From Chloroflexota bacterium (GTDB lineage Bacteria > Chloroflexota > UBA11872 > VXOZ01): 64,000 nucleotides of DNA. Shown in pieces: positions 44,401-53,280 of this stretch. Location: contig OZ242272.1 in NCBI GenBank assembly GCA_965207135.1, positions 2,682,275 to 2,746,274 on the forward strand. Direction: 5' to 3'. Each line of letters starts with the position of its first letter. The first letter of the stretch is position 1. Both the position numbers and the translations under genes were made by a program. The notes beneath the pieces were generated by a model. It saw only the letters and a list, made by a program, of their open reading frames with translations, was not told the origin of the DNA and ran no database searches.

Positions 44401-46884
44401 CTACTCTGCCGTTACGTTGTACTGCAAGAGCAGGGCTTCCAGCACCCGCCGCGCGGTTGGCGTCGCTGCTGACAGCACGCCCTCCTGGAAGCGTCCCACT
44501 AGGCCCGGGCCATCATCTGCATTCTGCGCAATTGCCACAAGCTCTGCGGTGCTCCAGTTTCCCGCAGCCGCTACGGCTGCGATCAATTCGGGCGAGACGG
44601 CATCCTGCCAAATGGCTTCTTGTTCCAGGTCAGCGGGTACTGCGCCGGCCGCCCAGCGTCGACACTGACCCACGAAGTCAACCACCGAGCGCAGCGCCGG
44701 CGCCGGCAGGCTGCGCCCAACACTGCGGAGAATGGCGAGTTCCTCTCCGGGAGCGGGATACGCAAGCTCGAGAATTGCGCCGAAGCGATTCTCAACCCCC
44801 TCATTGAGCGGCTTCACACCCGGCCCCTCGGGCTGACCGGTTGCGATCAAACGAAATTGCGGATGCGCGGTTACGGTTCTCCCATCCGGCAGTGTGAGCC
44901 GCCGGCCTTTGTCGAAGAGGCTATTCAGCAAGGAGTGAACGTCCGAGTAGGCGAGATTGTAGTCGTTTACCAGCACCATGTAGCCTTTGATGATGGCCTC
45001 AAGGAAGGCCTGCACCGTCCATTGTGTCTCTCCCGTGCGCAAGCGGCGACTAACTAGCAGGTCGTGCTTCGAAGTCTCGCCCGTAAACGAGAGTTCCACC
45101 AACGGCAACTGGCGCAGGCGCGCGAGCGAGCGCACGAGCGCGGACTTTCCGCTCCCTGGCGGGCCCTTAATGTAGACCGGCCGATCGAGCACGAGCGCTG
45201 CCTCCAGCAGCCGCAATGCCGTCCAACTCGAGCGTGTGAAGCAAGGCAACGCCACATCCGCCGCCGGCAGGTTGCCGATGGGTCGGGGCACTGTGATGCC
45301 AAACTCAGCGCCCAAGGTTGCCTCCAGTTCGTCCAGGCGCGCCGGATCAGTAATCTCAAATCCATTGGCGTCCCACGCTTGCAGGCGCAGGCCCAGCGCC
45401 ATGGGGTTGCCCGCCCAGCTATAGAGCGGCTCACGCAGCAGCAGACGGGTGCCGTCCGGCAAGGTGCAATCGTAGCGCGCGAGCGCCGGCTGCGCGCCGG
45501 GTGCATCGTCCGCAAGCGGCTGATAGACCTCGTTCTCCAGACCGCCCGCGCGACTCTCGGCCGCTCCGTCCTGCGCCAGAGGCAGAGAATTGTGCACAAT
45601 ACTCGCCAGGGGAACGACACTTTCCTCAGGCACCGTGACTTCAGGGAGGAGCACGCCGCTCACGCGACGGCGGGTGCGCGCCGGCCAAGAAACATCGCGG
45701 AGCGACTTCTCGACGATTTCGGCAGCCTCCTGCCGCGCTTCCGGCGGCGCCAGCGTCAGGATGGCATCTCGCGCAACTGCGGCCAAGTTGAAACCGGTCA
45801 GGCTGCACACGCTGAGCCAATGCACCAGCGAACGGGTGGACACGCGGTCGCGCATGATCCCGCCCACTTCCGGATGGCTCCGCAATTCCGCCGCTGCCGC
45901 CGCGACCGCCGCACACGCCTCCTGCGGCGGCATGGCATCCACCTGCTCCAATACCGCCACCCGCTGCAACTCGTGAAATACCGCCTCAGCCTCCTCTGCC
46001 GGCGGCAGAAAGTCCATAGCCACGTTGCCCGTGCCGTGACCGAAGCGCCGTTCCCACGTGACGCCGATCTCAAGCGTGCCGGTATAGTTGGGGTTGGCTG
46101 TGGCTATGACACCAAACTGCGGGTGCACGGGCACGGTCACGTTGCCCCACTCGCTTCCCGAAAGCACCACTTGGCGGGCGTCCAGTGCCTGCGTGAAGAC
46201 ACTGAGCAGGTCTTGGGGAATGATGTTCACCTCATTCAACAGCAGTTTCTTGCCGGTGAGCATGGCATCCACCGCCGGGCCGAGCAGAGTTGCCGTGCTG
46301 TGTGCCTGGCTACCGGCCTGGGTGACCACCTCCACCGACTGATAAAAGTCGCTCAGCGCGGTATCGCCACTGAACGTAATCTCGACACACGGCTCGTTCG
46401 CAAGGAAACAGAAGGTCTTAGCCAGCGTCGTCTTACCGCATCCGGTGGGCCCGGTAAGCAGAATAGAAGGGTTTGCCTGCTTCGTGGAAGCCACCGTCTG
46501 CGACGAAGACGCGGAGTCCGTGCTCATCACGTGCGCCATCTGCCTGAGCGTTGCCGTCATGCTCGCGGTGCAGTAGCGAAACACCTCATGTTCGCGGGGA
46601 ACTGCGCTTGCAAAGCTGCGCGCGCCGTCCCACCCGTCAAACTGGCTGGGAATCTCGTCGTGCGCCGAATCTTCGGTGCGCCCTAAGGCGAGCGAGAGCG
46701 GGGGCATGCGGCGCCGATACGTTTCGTTGCCCAGGGCAAACGCGTCCTCGAAGAGCAGGACTCCACCGCCGAGATCGTGCAGCGGCCTGCCGGAGTCTGA
46801 GGGGTCGCGCTGTGTCGAACGCACCGCGGGCTCAATCTCCTCTTCATCGCGACTGCCCAGGAGCCCACTCAGAATATTCCGCAT
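44401..46884 (-). CDS. Tandem AAA+ ATPase (two AAA_5 / MoxR-dynein-related modules in one polypeptide)
   Basis: 827 aa. Walker A 1 is LLTGPTGCGKTT with Walker B-like KKLLLNEVN. Walker A 2 is IKGPPGSGKSAL with Walker B-like MVLVNDYN. Both modules show the AAA_5-type HPQF(G/R)(V/L)IAT segment. Confidence 0.8.
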   Translation of the reverse strand: MRNILSGLLGSRDEEEIEPAVRSTQRDPSDSGRPLHDLGGGVLLFEDAFALGNETYRRRMPPLSLALGRTEDSAHDEIPSQFDGWDGARSFASAVPREHEVFRYCTASMTATLRQMAHVMSTDSASSSQTVASTKQANPSILLTGPTGCGKTTLAKTFCFLANEPCVEITFSGDTALSDFYQSVEVVTQAGSQAHSTATLLGPAVDAMLTGKKLLLNEVNIIPQDLLSVFTQALDARQVVLSGSEWGNVTVPVHPQFGVIATANPNYTGTLEIGVTWERRFGHGTGNVAMDFLPPAEEAEAVFHELQRVAVLEQVDAMPPQEACAAVAAAAAELRSHPEVGGIMRDRVSTRSLVHWLSVCSLTGFNLAAVARDAILTLAPPEARQEAAEIVEKSLRDVSWPARTRRRVSGVLLPEVTVPEESVVPLASIVHNSLPLAQDGAAESRAGGLENEVYQPLADDAPGAQPALARYDCTLPDGTRLLLREPLYSWAGNPMALGLRLQAWDANGFEITDPARLDELEATLGAEFGITVPRPIGNLPAADVALPCFTRSSWTALRLLEAALVLDRPVYIKGPPGSGKSALVRSLARLRQLPLVELSFTGETSKHDLLVSRRLRTGETQWTVQAFLEAIIKGYMVLVNDYNLAYSDVHSLLNSLFDKGRRLTLPDGRTVTAHPQFRLIATGQPEGPGVKPLNEGVENRFGAILELAYPAPGEELAILRSVGRSLPAPALRSVVDFVGQCRRWAAGAVPADLEQEAIWQDAVSPELIAAVAAAGNWSTAELVAIAQNADDGPGLVGRFQEGVLSAATPTARRVLEALLLQYNVTAE

Positions 46885-46919
46885 GCGTCCGTAACTCTCT
46901 TTCGATATTTTCCGTGTCC

Positions 46920-46961
46920 GTAGAGGCTAGCACGGGCCTTCTGCCCCGTGCTAGCCTCTAC
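46920..46961. promoter_or_regulatory. Perfect 17-bp inverted repeat in the leader/promoter region of the AAA-VWA operon
   Basis: GTAGAGGCTAGCACGGG, 8 nt, then CCCGTGCTAGCCTCTAC. It lies 36-77 nt upstream of the AAA start codon (46884, minus strand), in the divergent intergenic region shared with nfo. Confidence 0.6.
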
Positions 46962-47234
46962 CAGGCCCTGCTACCGACAGCAGCGCTCACTCAAACGGGA
47001 CTGTCTCGCAATGATTTGCACCTTACTCCACATTATAGCGTCAGCAGAGTATTCCTCGTGGACGTGCGGTTTTGAGGGGATGATGGCATGGTGTCTTGAC
47101 GTCGCTGATGCGCAAATCGCACGCATCGCCAATTCTCGCAGCGCGCCTCACCACGACCACGCGCTTTGGTATAATGAACCGCAGTCAGTTTCCGGACCTT
47201 TACCTTCAATTATTGCTTACGAAGGGATCAACTC

Positions 47235-48074
47235 ATGCAACTTGGCGCCCACGTGCGCACCACCGGCGGCATCGCCACCTCCTTTGCCCGGGCCGCAGAC
47301 CTCGGGTGCGAATGCATGCAGATCTTTAGCGCCAATCCGCGCGGCTGGCAGCGCGCGCTGCCCAAAGATGAGCATATAACCGCCTTCACGGCCGCCCAGG
47401 CGGAGTCGCGCAAGATACCGGTCTTCTGCCATACCCAGTACCTCATCAACACCGGCTCGCCCAAGCCGGAAAACTACGAAAAGTCGGTGATGACGCTGAC
47501 GTTCCAACTGCAAACGGGCGACCTGCTCAATGCAGCAGGTGTCGTCACGCACGTGGGCAGTCATATGGGCGACGGTCTCGAACAGGCCTTACCCCGCATC
47601 GAGGCCGCCATCGGCGCGGCGCTGGACGCCTCCGACACGGTACCGCTGCTGCTGGAAAACAGCGCCGGCTCCGGCGGCAACATTGGCTCGAGCTTTGCGG
47701 ACTTGGGCACCATCCTCCGCGCCTGCGACAACCACGAACGCATCAAACTCTGCGTTGATACAGCCCACGCTTTTGCTTCCGGCTATCACGTCGAGACCGC
47801 GGAGGGCTTTGACGCCATGCTGGCGGAGATCGACGAGCACTTCGGTCTGGACCGCCTTGCCGCCTTTCATCTCAATGACTCGAAAGTGCCGTTCAACTCC
47901 CAAAGGGACCGTCACGAGAATATCGGCGAAGGCTATATCGGCCTAGAAGCGTTCCGTTACATCGTCAACCACGCGGCGCTTGCCGACACGTGCGCCGTAC
48001 TGGAAGTGCCCGGTTTCGACGACAAGGGGCCCGACCAAGCCAACATGGACATTGTGCGAGGGCTGAAAGCATGA
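47235..48074 (+). CDS. nfo: Deoxyribonuclease IV (endonuclease IV)
   Basis: 279 aa. MQLGAHV...MQIFSANPRGW, HGSYLINL-type segment (HTQYLINTGS), LENSAGSG, CVDTAHAF, HLNDSK. Confidence 0.9.
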   Translation: MQLGAHVRTTGGIATSFARAADLGCECMQIFSANPRGWQRALPKDEHITAFTAAQAESRKIPVFCHTQYLINTGSPKPENYEKSVMTLTFQLQTGDLLNAAGVVTHVGSHMGDGLEQALPRIEAAIGAALDASDTVPLLLENSAGSGGNIGSSFADLGTILRACDNHERIKLCVDTAHAFASGYHVETAEGFDAMLAEIDEHFGLDRLAAFHLNDSKVPFNSQRDRHENIGEGYIGLEAFRYIVNHAALADTCAVLEVPGFDDKGPDQANMDIVRGLKA

Positions 48075-48889
48075 GCCCGAAACGCGACTTTCGGCTCATT
48101 GCCATCGATCTGGACGGCACGCTCATCGACCATGGTCTCACGATTGCACCGCGCGTGAAGGAGGCTATCGCGGCCGCCCAAGCGCAGGGAGTCACCGTTA
48201 CGCTCGCCAGCGGACGAATGTTCGCCGCTATGGTCCCGTTTGCGCAAGAGCTCAACATTGCAGCGCCACTCATTTGTTACCAAGGCGGTTTGGTGCGCCA
48301 TGCCGTATCGCGCGAGACCACCTTTCATTTGGCTGTGCCGACAGACATGGCGCAAGAGGTGGTAACCCTAGCGCGGACGCGCGGCATTCAGGTAAATGCC
48401 TTCGCGGATGACCGGTTGCACGTGGAAACTATGACCGCCGAAGCCGAAGCATATATGCGGCTGGCGCGCGTGGAGGCCACGGTTGTGAATGACCTGGTGC
48501 TCTTCTTGCAGGACAACCCTTCGACTAAGCTTGTGCTGGTCAACCTCGATGAGAATAAGACGAACCGCCTTGTCGAAGAATTCACTGCCCATTTCGGTAA
48601 CCGACTAGGCATTACGAAGTCCCACCCCTACTACACTGAAGCAATCCATCCGGAAGTCTCCAAAGGACGCGCGCTCACACAGCTTGCGAGCGTCCTCGAT
48701 GTCTCTCTCGATCAGGTAGTGGGCATCGGGGACAATCTCAACGACCTGAGCCTTGTCGAGACGGCCGGTTTTGGGGTAGCCATGGGGAACGGCGACCCGC
48801 GTGTAAAGGCGGCCGCGGACTTTGTAACAAGCAGCTTCGAAGAGGACGGTGTCGCCGTGGCGATTGAGCAGCACGTGCTGCATGCGTGA
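48071..48889 (+). CDS. Cof-type HAD-IIB phosphatase
   Basis: The start overlaps the nfo stop (ATGA). Motif I IAIDLDGTL. C-terminal GIGDNLNDLSLVETAGFGVAMGNG. Confidence 0.8.
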   Translation: MSPKRDFRLIAIDLDGTLIDHGLTIAPRVKEAIAAAQAQGVTVTLASGRMFAAMVPFAQELNIAAPLICYQGGLVRHAVSRETTFHLAVPTDMAQEVVTLARTRGIQVNAFADDRLHVETMTAEAEAYMRLARVEATVVNDLVLFLQDNPSTKLVLVNLDENKTNRLVEEFTAHFGNRLGITKSHPYYTEAIHPEVSKGRALTQLASVLDVSLDQVVGIGDNLNDLSLVETAGFGVAMGNGDPRVKAAADFVTSSFEEDGVAVAIEQHVLHA

Positions 48890-49023
48890 GCGTACGATTG
48901 TGGGGCATTCGCACACGTTCGAGGTCTAGAGACTGCGTTGCCCTTGACAATTGCCTCAGTTCCTTCGCCCACTTTGGACAGCGTCCATGCTTGACTGTCT
49001 GTAACGAACATAGCTTTGAGAAA

Positions 49024-49653
49024 ATGAACGAAAGAATCCTCTCTGCGTCCGATCCCGCCGCCGTCGCGCGTGCAGCGGCAGCGATCCGCGCCGGCGGCAT
49101 CGTCGCCTATCCCACAGACACAGTGTATGGGCTGGGCGCCAATGTCTTTCTGCCGCACGCACTTGAAAAGGTGATGGCGGCCAAGCGAAGGCCGGAAGAG
49201 AAGTCCCTGCCGGTCTTGATTGCCGCGCTAGACCATCTGCAGGAGCTCGTGACGCAAATTCCCGCGGACGCAGAACGCCTCATGTCGGCATTTTGGCCGG
49301 GAGCGCTCACCATCGTCTTGCCGAAACAACCGGGCCTCTCGCCGCTCTTGGGAGAAACGACGCTGGCAGTGCGCCAACCGAATAACCCGGCAATCATCGC
49401 TTTGCTGGAAGCGGCAAACTGTCCGCTCACCGGCACGAGCGCTAACCGCAGCGGTTGGTCTGCCGCCACCACCGCGCAGGAGGCTTGGGCGCAACTGGGC
49501 GACTCAGTAGACTACATTCTGGATGGGGGGGCTGCGCCCGGCAACACGCCTTCCACCATTATCGACTGCACGGTGCGGCCCCGGCGAATTCTCCGCGAGG
49601 GTGCGCTCACGCAGAACGCGCTAGCTGTTGTTCTAAAAGACCTTGCGCTTTAG
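49024..49653 (+). CDS. tsaC: L-threonylcarbamoyladenylate synthase (single-domain YrdC/TsaC type)
   Basis: GGIVAYPTDTVYGLGAN, SLPVLIA, WPGALTIVLP, TSANRSG, STIID. Confidence 0.85.
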   Translation: MNERILSASDPAAVARAAAAIRAGGIVAYPTDTVYGLGANVFLPHALEKVMAAKRRPEEKSLPVLIAALDHLQELVTQIPADAERLMSAFWPGALTIVLPKQPGLSPLLGETTLAVRQPNNPAIIALLEAANCPLTGTSANRSGWSAATTAQEAWAQLGDSVDYILDGGAAPGNTPSTIIDCTVRPRRILREGALTQNALAVVLKDLAL

Positions 49654-50113
49654 CCCACAGACCGGCTTCATTGGCAAAGGTCAAGGTGTGCTTCACCTCG
49701 CCTTTCGGCACCCAGAGCACCGCGCGCACTTCAGGACTCTCGTCGTTGGTCGTGCCGCCGACATATTCCATCAAGTAAAAGAGCGCCGTCTTCGCAACCT
49801 GTCGACCGCGCGCGCGAAAGACATAGCGAATTGTGCCGACACGCTCTAGGATTCTTGCATCTACGCCGGTTTCTTCCTTGACCTCTCGCAACGCGGCGTC
49901 GCTTGAAGTCTCACCGTGCTCCAAATGGCCCTTAGGGAATATCCAGCCGTCATGGGCGCTGCTCTGCGTGACAAGTATCGTCACCTGGCCGTTTTCTCTG
50001 CGAAAAACGATGCCGCCGGCAGAGTGCTCTTTCTGCGTGCGGCGGGTACGTTTCCGATTGGGATTGGATGGCTTCGGCGCGCGGGGACGCTGCTTTGAAT
50101 GCTTGCGATTCAT
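49607..50113 (-). CDS. NUDIX hydrolase
   Basis: Nudix box GHLEHGETSSDAALREVKEETGV. Start placed at MNRKHSK (50113). The upstream part of the 337-aa track ORF runs antisense to proA and is not supported. Confidence 0.8.
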   Translation of the reverse strand: MNRKHSKQRPRAPKPSNPNRKRTRRTQKEHSAGGIVFRRENGQVTILVTQSSAHDGWIFPKGHLEHGETSSDAALREVKEETGVDARILERVGTIRYVFRARGRQVAKTALFYLMEYVGGTTNDESPEVRAVLWVPKGEVKHTLTFANEAGLWAKAQGLLEQQLARSA

Positions 50114-50249
50114 GACTTTTGCAGAGATCCGCTCCACGTCACTATACTGAAACTGTATGCTCAGCACACTGGGCGAAACACAACACGAATTTTCGTGAAA
50201 TTTGGAACAAGCATACCACGATTCAAACGCAGTTAGTGGAGAAATAACG

Positions 50250-51521
50250 ATGAGTGTGACTATCGACGTGTTGGCAGAAAAGCTAATGCAGGCGCGCCTG
50301 GCAGCCCGCCTTGTGGCGCAGCTCTCGACGAGAGCCAAGAATTCAGTGCTCGCGGCAGTTGCCGATGCCCTTGAGTCGGAAGCCGAGTATCTCATTTCGG
50401 AGAACGGTAGAGACGTTGCCAACGCGACCCAAGCAGGGATCGATGCGGCGACGATCGATCGTCTCACGCTTTCAGCAAATGTGCTGGCAGGCATTGCCGG
50501 TGACGTGCGCAAGGTGGCTTCCCTGGAAAACCCAGTAGGTGAGGTGACTGAAATGCGCACAGTCGAGAGTGGAATTACGGTGGGGCGGATACAAGTGCCC
50601 TTCGGCGTGGTTGGCGCCATTTATGAATCGCGTCCCAACGTCACGGTGGACATTGCCTGCCTGTGCTTCAAGTCCGGCAATGCCGTCGTGCTGCGGGGCG
50701 GTTCGGAGGCGATTTTTTCTAATATCGCCCTGGCGCGGGTAATCCATGACGCCGGCGTATCCGCCGGCGCGCCGGAACACTGGGTGCAACTCATCGAAGA
50801 CACGGACCGCGTCCTTGTGCACCGGTTGCTCCAGGCAAAGGGAGAGATCGACCTGGTGATTCCGCGCGGCGGGGCCGGTCTTATCAACTTTGTCGTTGAG
50901 AACGCAACCGTGCCCGTCATCGAGACCGGCGCGGGCGTCTGTCACACCTACGTGGATGCGGATGCTGACTTGGAAAAAGCGCACCGCATCGTTGTGAACG
51001 CGAAGACGCGTCGGCATACGATATGCAACGCGCTGGATACGCTGCTCGTCCATGAAGCCGTTGCGTCCCGGTTTCTCCCGGCGGTTTTTCCCGACCTTGC
51101 CGCTGCCGGCGTGGAGATTCACGGCTGCCCCTGCACTCAAGACATCCTGGGAGAATCGCCCCGCGTGTTACCGGCGATCGATGACGACTGGGGCCAGGAA
51201 TTTCTGTCGCTCACGCTGGCGGTGAAAGTGATCGCTGACTTCGATGCCGCCATGGAGCACCTGCACACCTACACGTCCGGTCATTCTGAAGCGATCGTGA
51301 CGCAGGACTATTCCGTGGGTCAGCGCTTCATGCGTGAAGTGGATGCCGCCGCCGTCTATTGGAACGCCTCGACGCAGTTTACCGACGGCGCACAGTTTGG
51401 TCTTGGCGCCGAGGTGGGCATCAGCACGCAAAAGCTCCATGCCCGCGGTCCTATGGCCCTGCAAGAAATGACCACGTACAAGTGGATTGTCTACGGCGAC
51501 GGCGCCATCCGGCCCCTCTAG
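50250..51521 (+). CDS. proA: Gamma-glutamyl phosphate reductase
   Basis: Aldehyde-dehydrogenase-fold ProA motifs VPFGVVGAIYESRPNVTVD, NAVVLRGGSEA, ICNALDTLLVH and HSEAIVT. Start at MSVTIDVL after GGAGA. Confidence 0.9.
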   Translation: MSVTIDVLAEKLMQARLAARLVAQLSTRAKNSVLAAVADALESEAEYLISENGRDVANATQAGIDAATIDRLTLSANVLAGIAGDVRKVASLENPVGEVTEMRTVESGITVGRIQVPFGVVGAIYESRPNVTVDIACLCFKSGNAVVLRGGSEAIFSNIALARVIHDAGVSAGAPEHWVQLIEDTDRVLVHRLLQAKGEIDLVIPRGGAGLINFVVENATVPVIETGAGVCHTYVDADADLEKAHRIVVNAKTRRHTICNALDTLLVHEAVASRFLPAVFPDLAAAGVEIHGCPCTQDILGESPRVLPAIDDDWGQEFLSLTLAVKVIADFDAAMEHLHTYTSGHSEAIVTQDYSVGQRFMREVDAAAVYWNASTQFTDGAQFGLGAEVGISTQKLHARGPMALQEMTTYKWIVYGDGAIRPL

Positions 51522-51547
51522 CAGCCCTTTGGCCCGTCGCATCTCTT

Positions 51548-51955
51548 CTAGTTCTTCGGCACAGGCGTCTGCACCACCGTGGGACCGGCGGGTGTCGGAG
51601 TGGGTACCTGACCTGGCGGCGGCGGGATTTTTATCTTTTGACCGATCGAGAGACTGTCAGGATTCTCTAGGCTATTTGCATCAATGATCGCCTGCATCGA
51701 AATCCCATATTGCTGAGCTAGGCCGCTGATGGTGTCTCCATCCTGCACCACATGGATAGTCTCCTCATCCGGAGGTGCCGTCGGCTCTGCCACTGCCGTA
51801 GGACTTGGCCGGATAATTGTGATCGTCGGCGACGGCGTTGGGGGCACGCCGTCTTGCTCGTCCTCCCCCAAGAAGGGAATGCACCCTCCTAGGAGCACGG
51901 TCATGGATACACCCAGTAGCACTGAGTAAATGGCAACGATACGTCCACACTTCAT
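51548..51955 (-). CDS. LysM-domain lipoprotein
   Basis: Signal/lipobox MKCGRIVAIYSVLLGVSMTVLLGGC. Pro/Thr linker. LysM motif HVVQDGDTISGLAQQYGISMQAIIDANSL...GQKIKIP. Confidence 0.75.
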   Translation of the reverse strand: MKCGRIVAIYSVLLGVSMTVLLGGCIPFLGEDEQDGVPPTPSPTITIIRPSPTAVAEPTAPPDEETIHVVQDGDTISGLAQQYGISMQAIIDANSLENPDSLSIGQKIKIPPPPGQVPTPTPAGPTVVQTPVPKN

Positions 51956-52389
51956 GCTGTTCTTCTCCGCAGTGAAGCAGCGCCACACGCCGCACAACTA
52001 CAGCCTCTGCCAACTAAGACTCCGTGGTCTGCCTCGACGCACTTTGTGGCTGCGCTGCCACACGCTTCGCGGGTTGGAATACTTGAACGCTAGCCCCACC
52101 AATCGCTGAAGCTCGGAGATGAGCCCAGCAGGCGAGCCAGGATGCGCTCAAACACAGCTTGCGCCGCTCGCATCGCCCCGCTCTTGCCAACCAGCGCCAG
52201 CAGAAGTCCACTGCCTTGCTCGGCGTTGCCCGTTCACAAGCGCTCACAGTTAATGTAGTACACCTGTGCGGGCCATGACAAGCTCACAAGGTTGGAACGG
52301 CCAGGCGCGGCTGGACCGGCAGATTCAGTGGCGGCGAGTAGCGCTCAGGGCACGCGGCGTACACCACTCTTTGAGAGCCCTTGATACGT

Positions 52390-53124
52390 CTATGATCCCG
52401 TCAGCATGTCGTCCGGCAGGTGCTCTACACGGTTTTGGTAGCGCAGGGCAGTCTCATTTTCTCCCAGGGTCAGACTTGTAATGCCCGTATGGGCATGATT
52501 GAAATAGAGTCTCTCTTGGTCTTCGCTGCCCAACAAGGCATGCAACAAGAAACTGGCCGCTGTCCCGTGTGTCACAACTGCAATGTGCTCATCCGATTTC
52601 ACTGCCATTGCTCGCAGGGCCTGCGCCACACGCCCAAGGCGGGCAAGATACCGGTCTCCTTCCGGCGGAGGATTCCACCAGCCGGCATCCGGAAAGTCCC
52701 CAGGTATGACGTACTCGGGAAAATACTTTTCCACCTCTGCGCGGGTAAGCCCCGGAAAGTTGCGCGCGCCCCGCCCGTCACCTTCGTCATGCTTTACACC
52801 GTTCACTTCGTGCAAGTCCAGCCATATTTTGGGGCGCAGACCGAGTGCGGTTGCTATGGGCTGCGCCGTCTGCAACGCGCGCCGCATAGGGCTGCTAAAG
52901 AGGCGCGTAATCGCAAAGCCTGAGCGATCGTTGGGCACTGGCTCGGCTAGGCCGTCCGGTGCCGCTCTCTTCCTCAAGTGTTCACCAAGCAGCGCAGCCT
53001 GATTGCGGCCCAAGTCCGTAAGTGCAGGATCAGGCAAGTGACTCCGTTCTGCCGGCGGCACACTGTCCAAGGGTATGCCCCGGCGGTATGTTACGTGGCC
53101 GTGGCGGATAATGTAGAGTTTCAC
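52390..53124 (-). CDS. Histidine phosphatase family protein (phosphoglycerate-mutase-like)
   Basis: Starts MKLYIIRHGH (RHG catalytic motif). Later SSPMRRALQTA and VVTHG. Confidence 0.8.
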   Translation of the reverse strand: MKLYIIRHGHVTYRRGIPLDSVPPAERSHLPDPALTDLGRNQAALLGEHLRKRAAPDGLAEPVPNDRSGFAITRLFSSPMRRALQTAQPIATALGLRPKIWLDLHEVNGVKHDEGDGRGARNFPGLTRAEVEKYFPEYVIPGDFPDAGWWNPPPEGDRYLARLGRVAQALRAMAVKSDEHIAVVTHGTAASFLLHALLGSEDQERLYFNHAHTGITSLTLGENETALRYQNRVEHLPDDMLTGS

Positions 53125-53280
53125 GGCTGAATTAGTCCTTGTCTATGTGGCAAATGCATCTTCCCACTTTGACCCGGAATTCGGTTCCCGAAAAATCAAA
53201 GCACGCAAGAATACGATTGCATTACTACAGGATTCTCCGGTAGGTCAACACGCGATGTCCTACAGTCAACGGGCGCTGCT

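Noticed and set aside
45064-46686. A 540-aa ORF on the plus strand, and similar long shadow ORFs: 19784-20773(-), 14179-15177(+), 2381-3088(+), 58456-59436(+), 61076-62056(+), 24733-25629(-), 25731-26669(-), 7081-7671(+), 10253-11005(+), 31040-31864(+), 32143-33000(+).
   Set aside because: Each lies antisense to, or out of frame with, a gene whose product carries unambiguous family motifs. Their translations are Arg/Ala/Gly/Pro/His-rich with no motifs. This is the expected artefact of stop-codon-poor high-GC DNA.
42404-46884. Interpretation of the AAA-VWA pair as the aerobic cobaltochelatase CobS/CobT.
   Set aside because: The domain architecture of the VWA protein is CobT-like. However, the ATPase is a fused double module with non-canonical Walker B residues, no cobN or other cob genes are nearby, and a dedicated membrane protein is co-transcribed. 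I keep this as an alternative rather than the call.
49607-50620. A 337-aa minus-strand ORF.
   Set aside because: Only the C-terminal 168 aa (from MNRKHSK at 50113) form a NUDIX protein. The N-terminal 169 aa are low-complexity, run antisense to proA, and are preceded by a better internal start.
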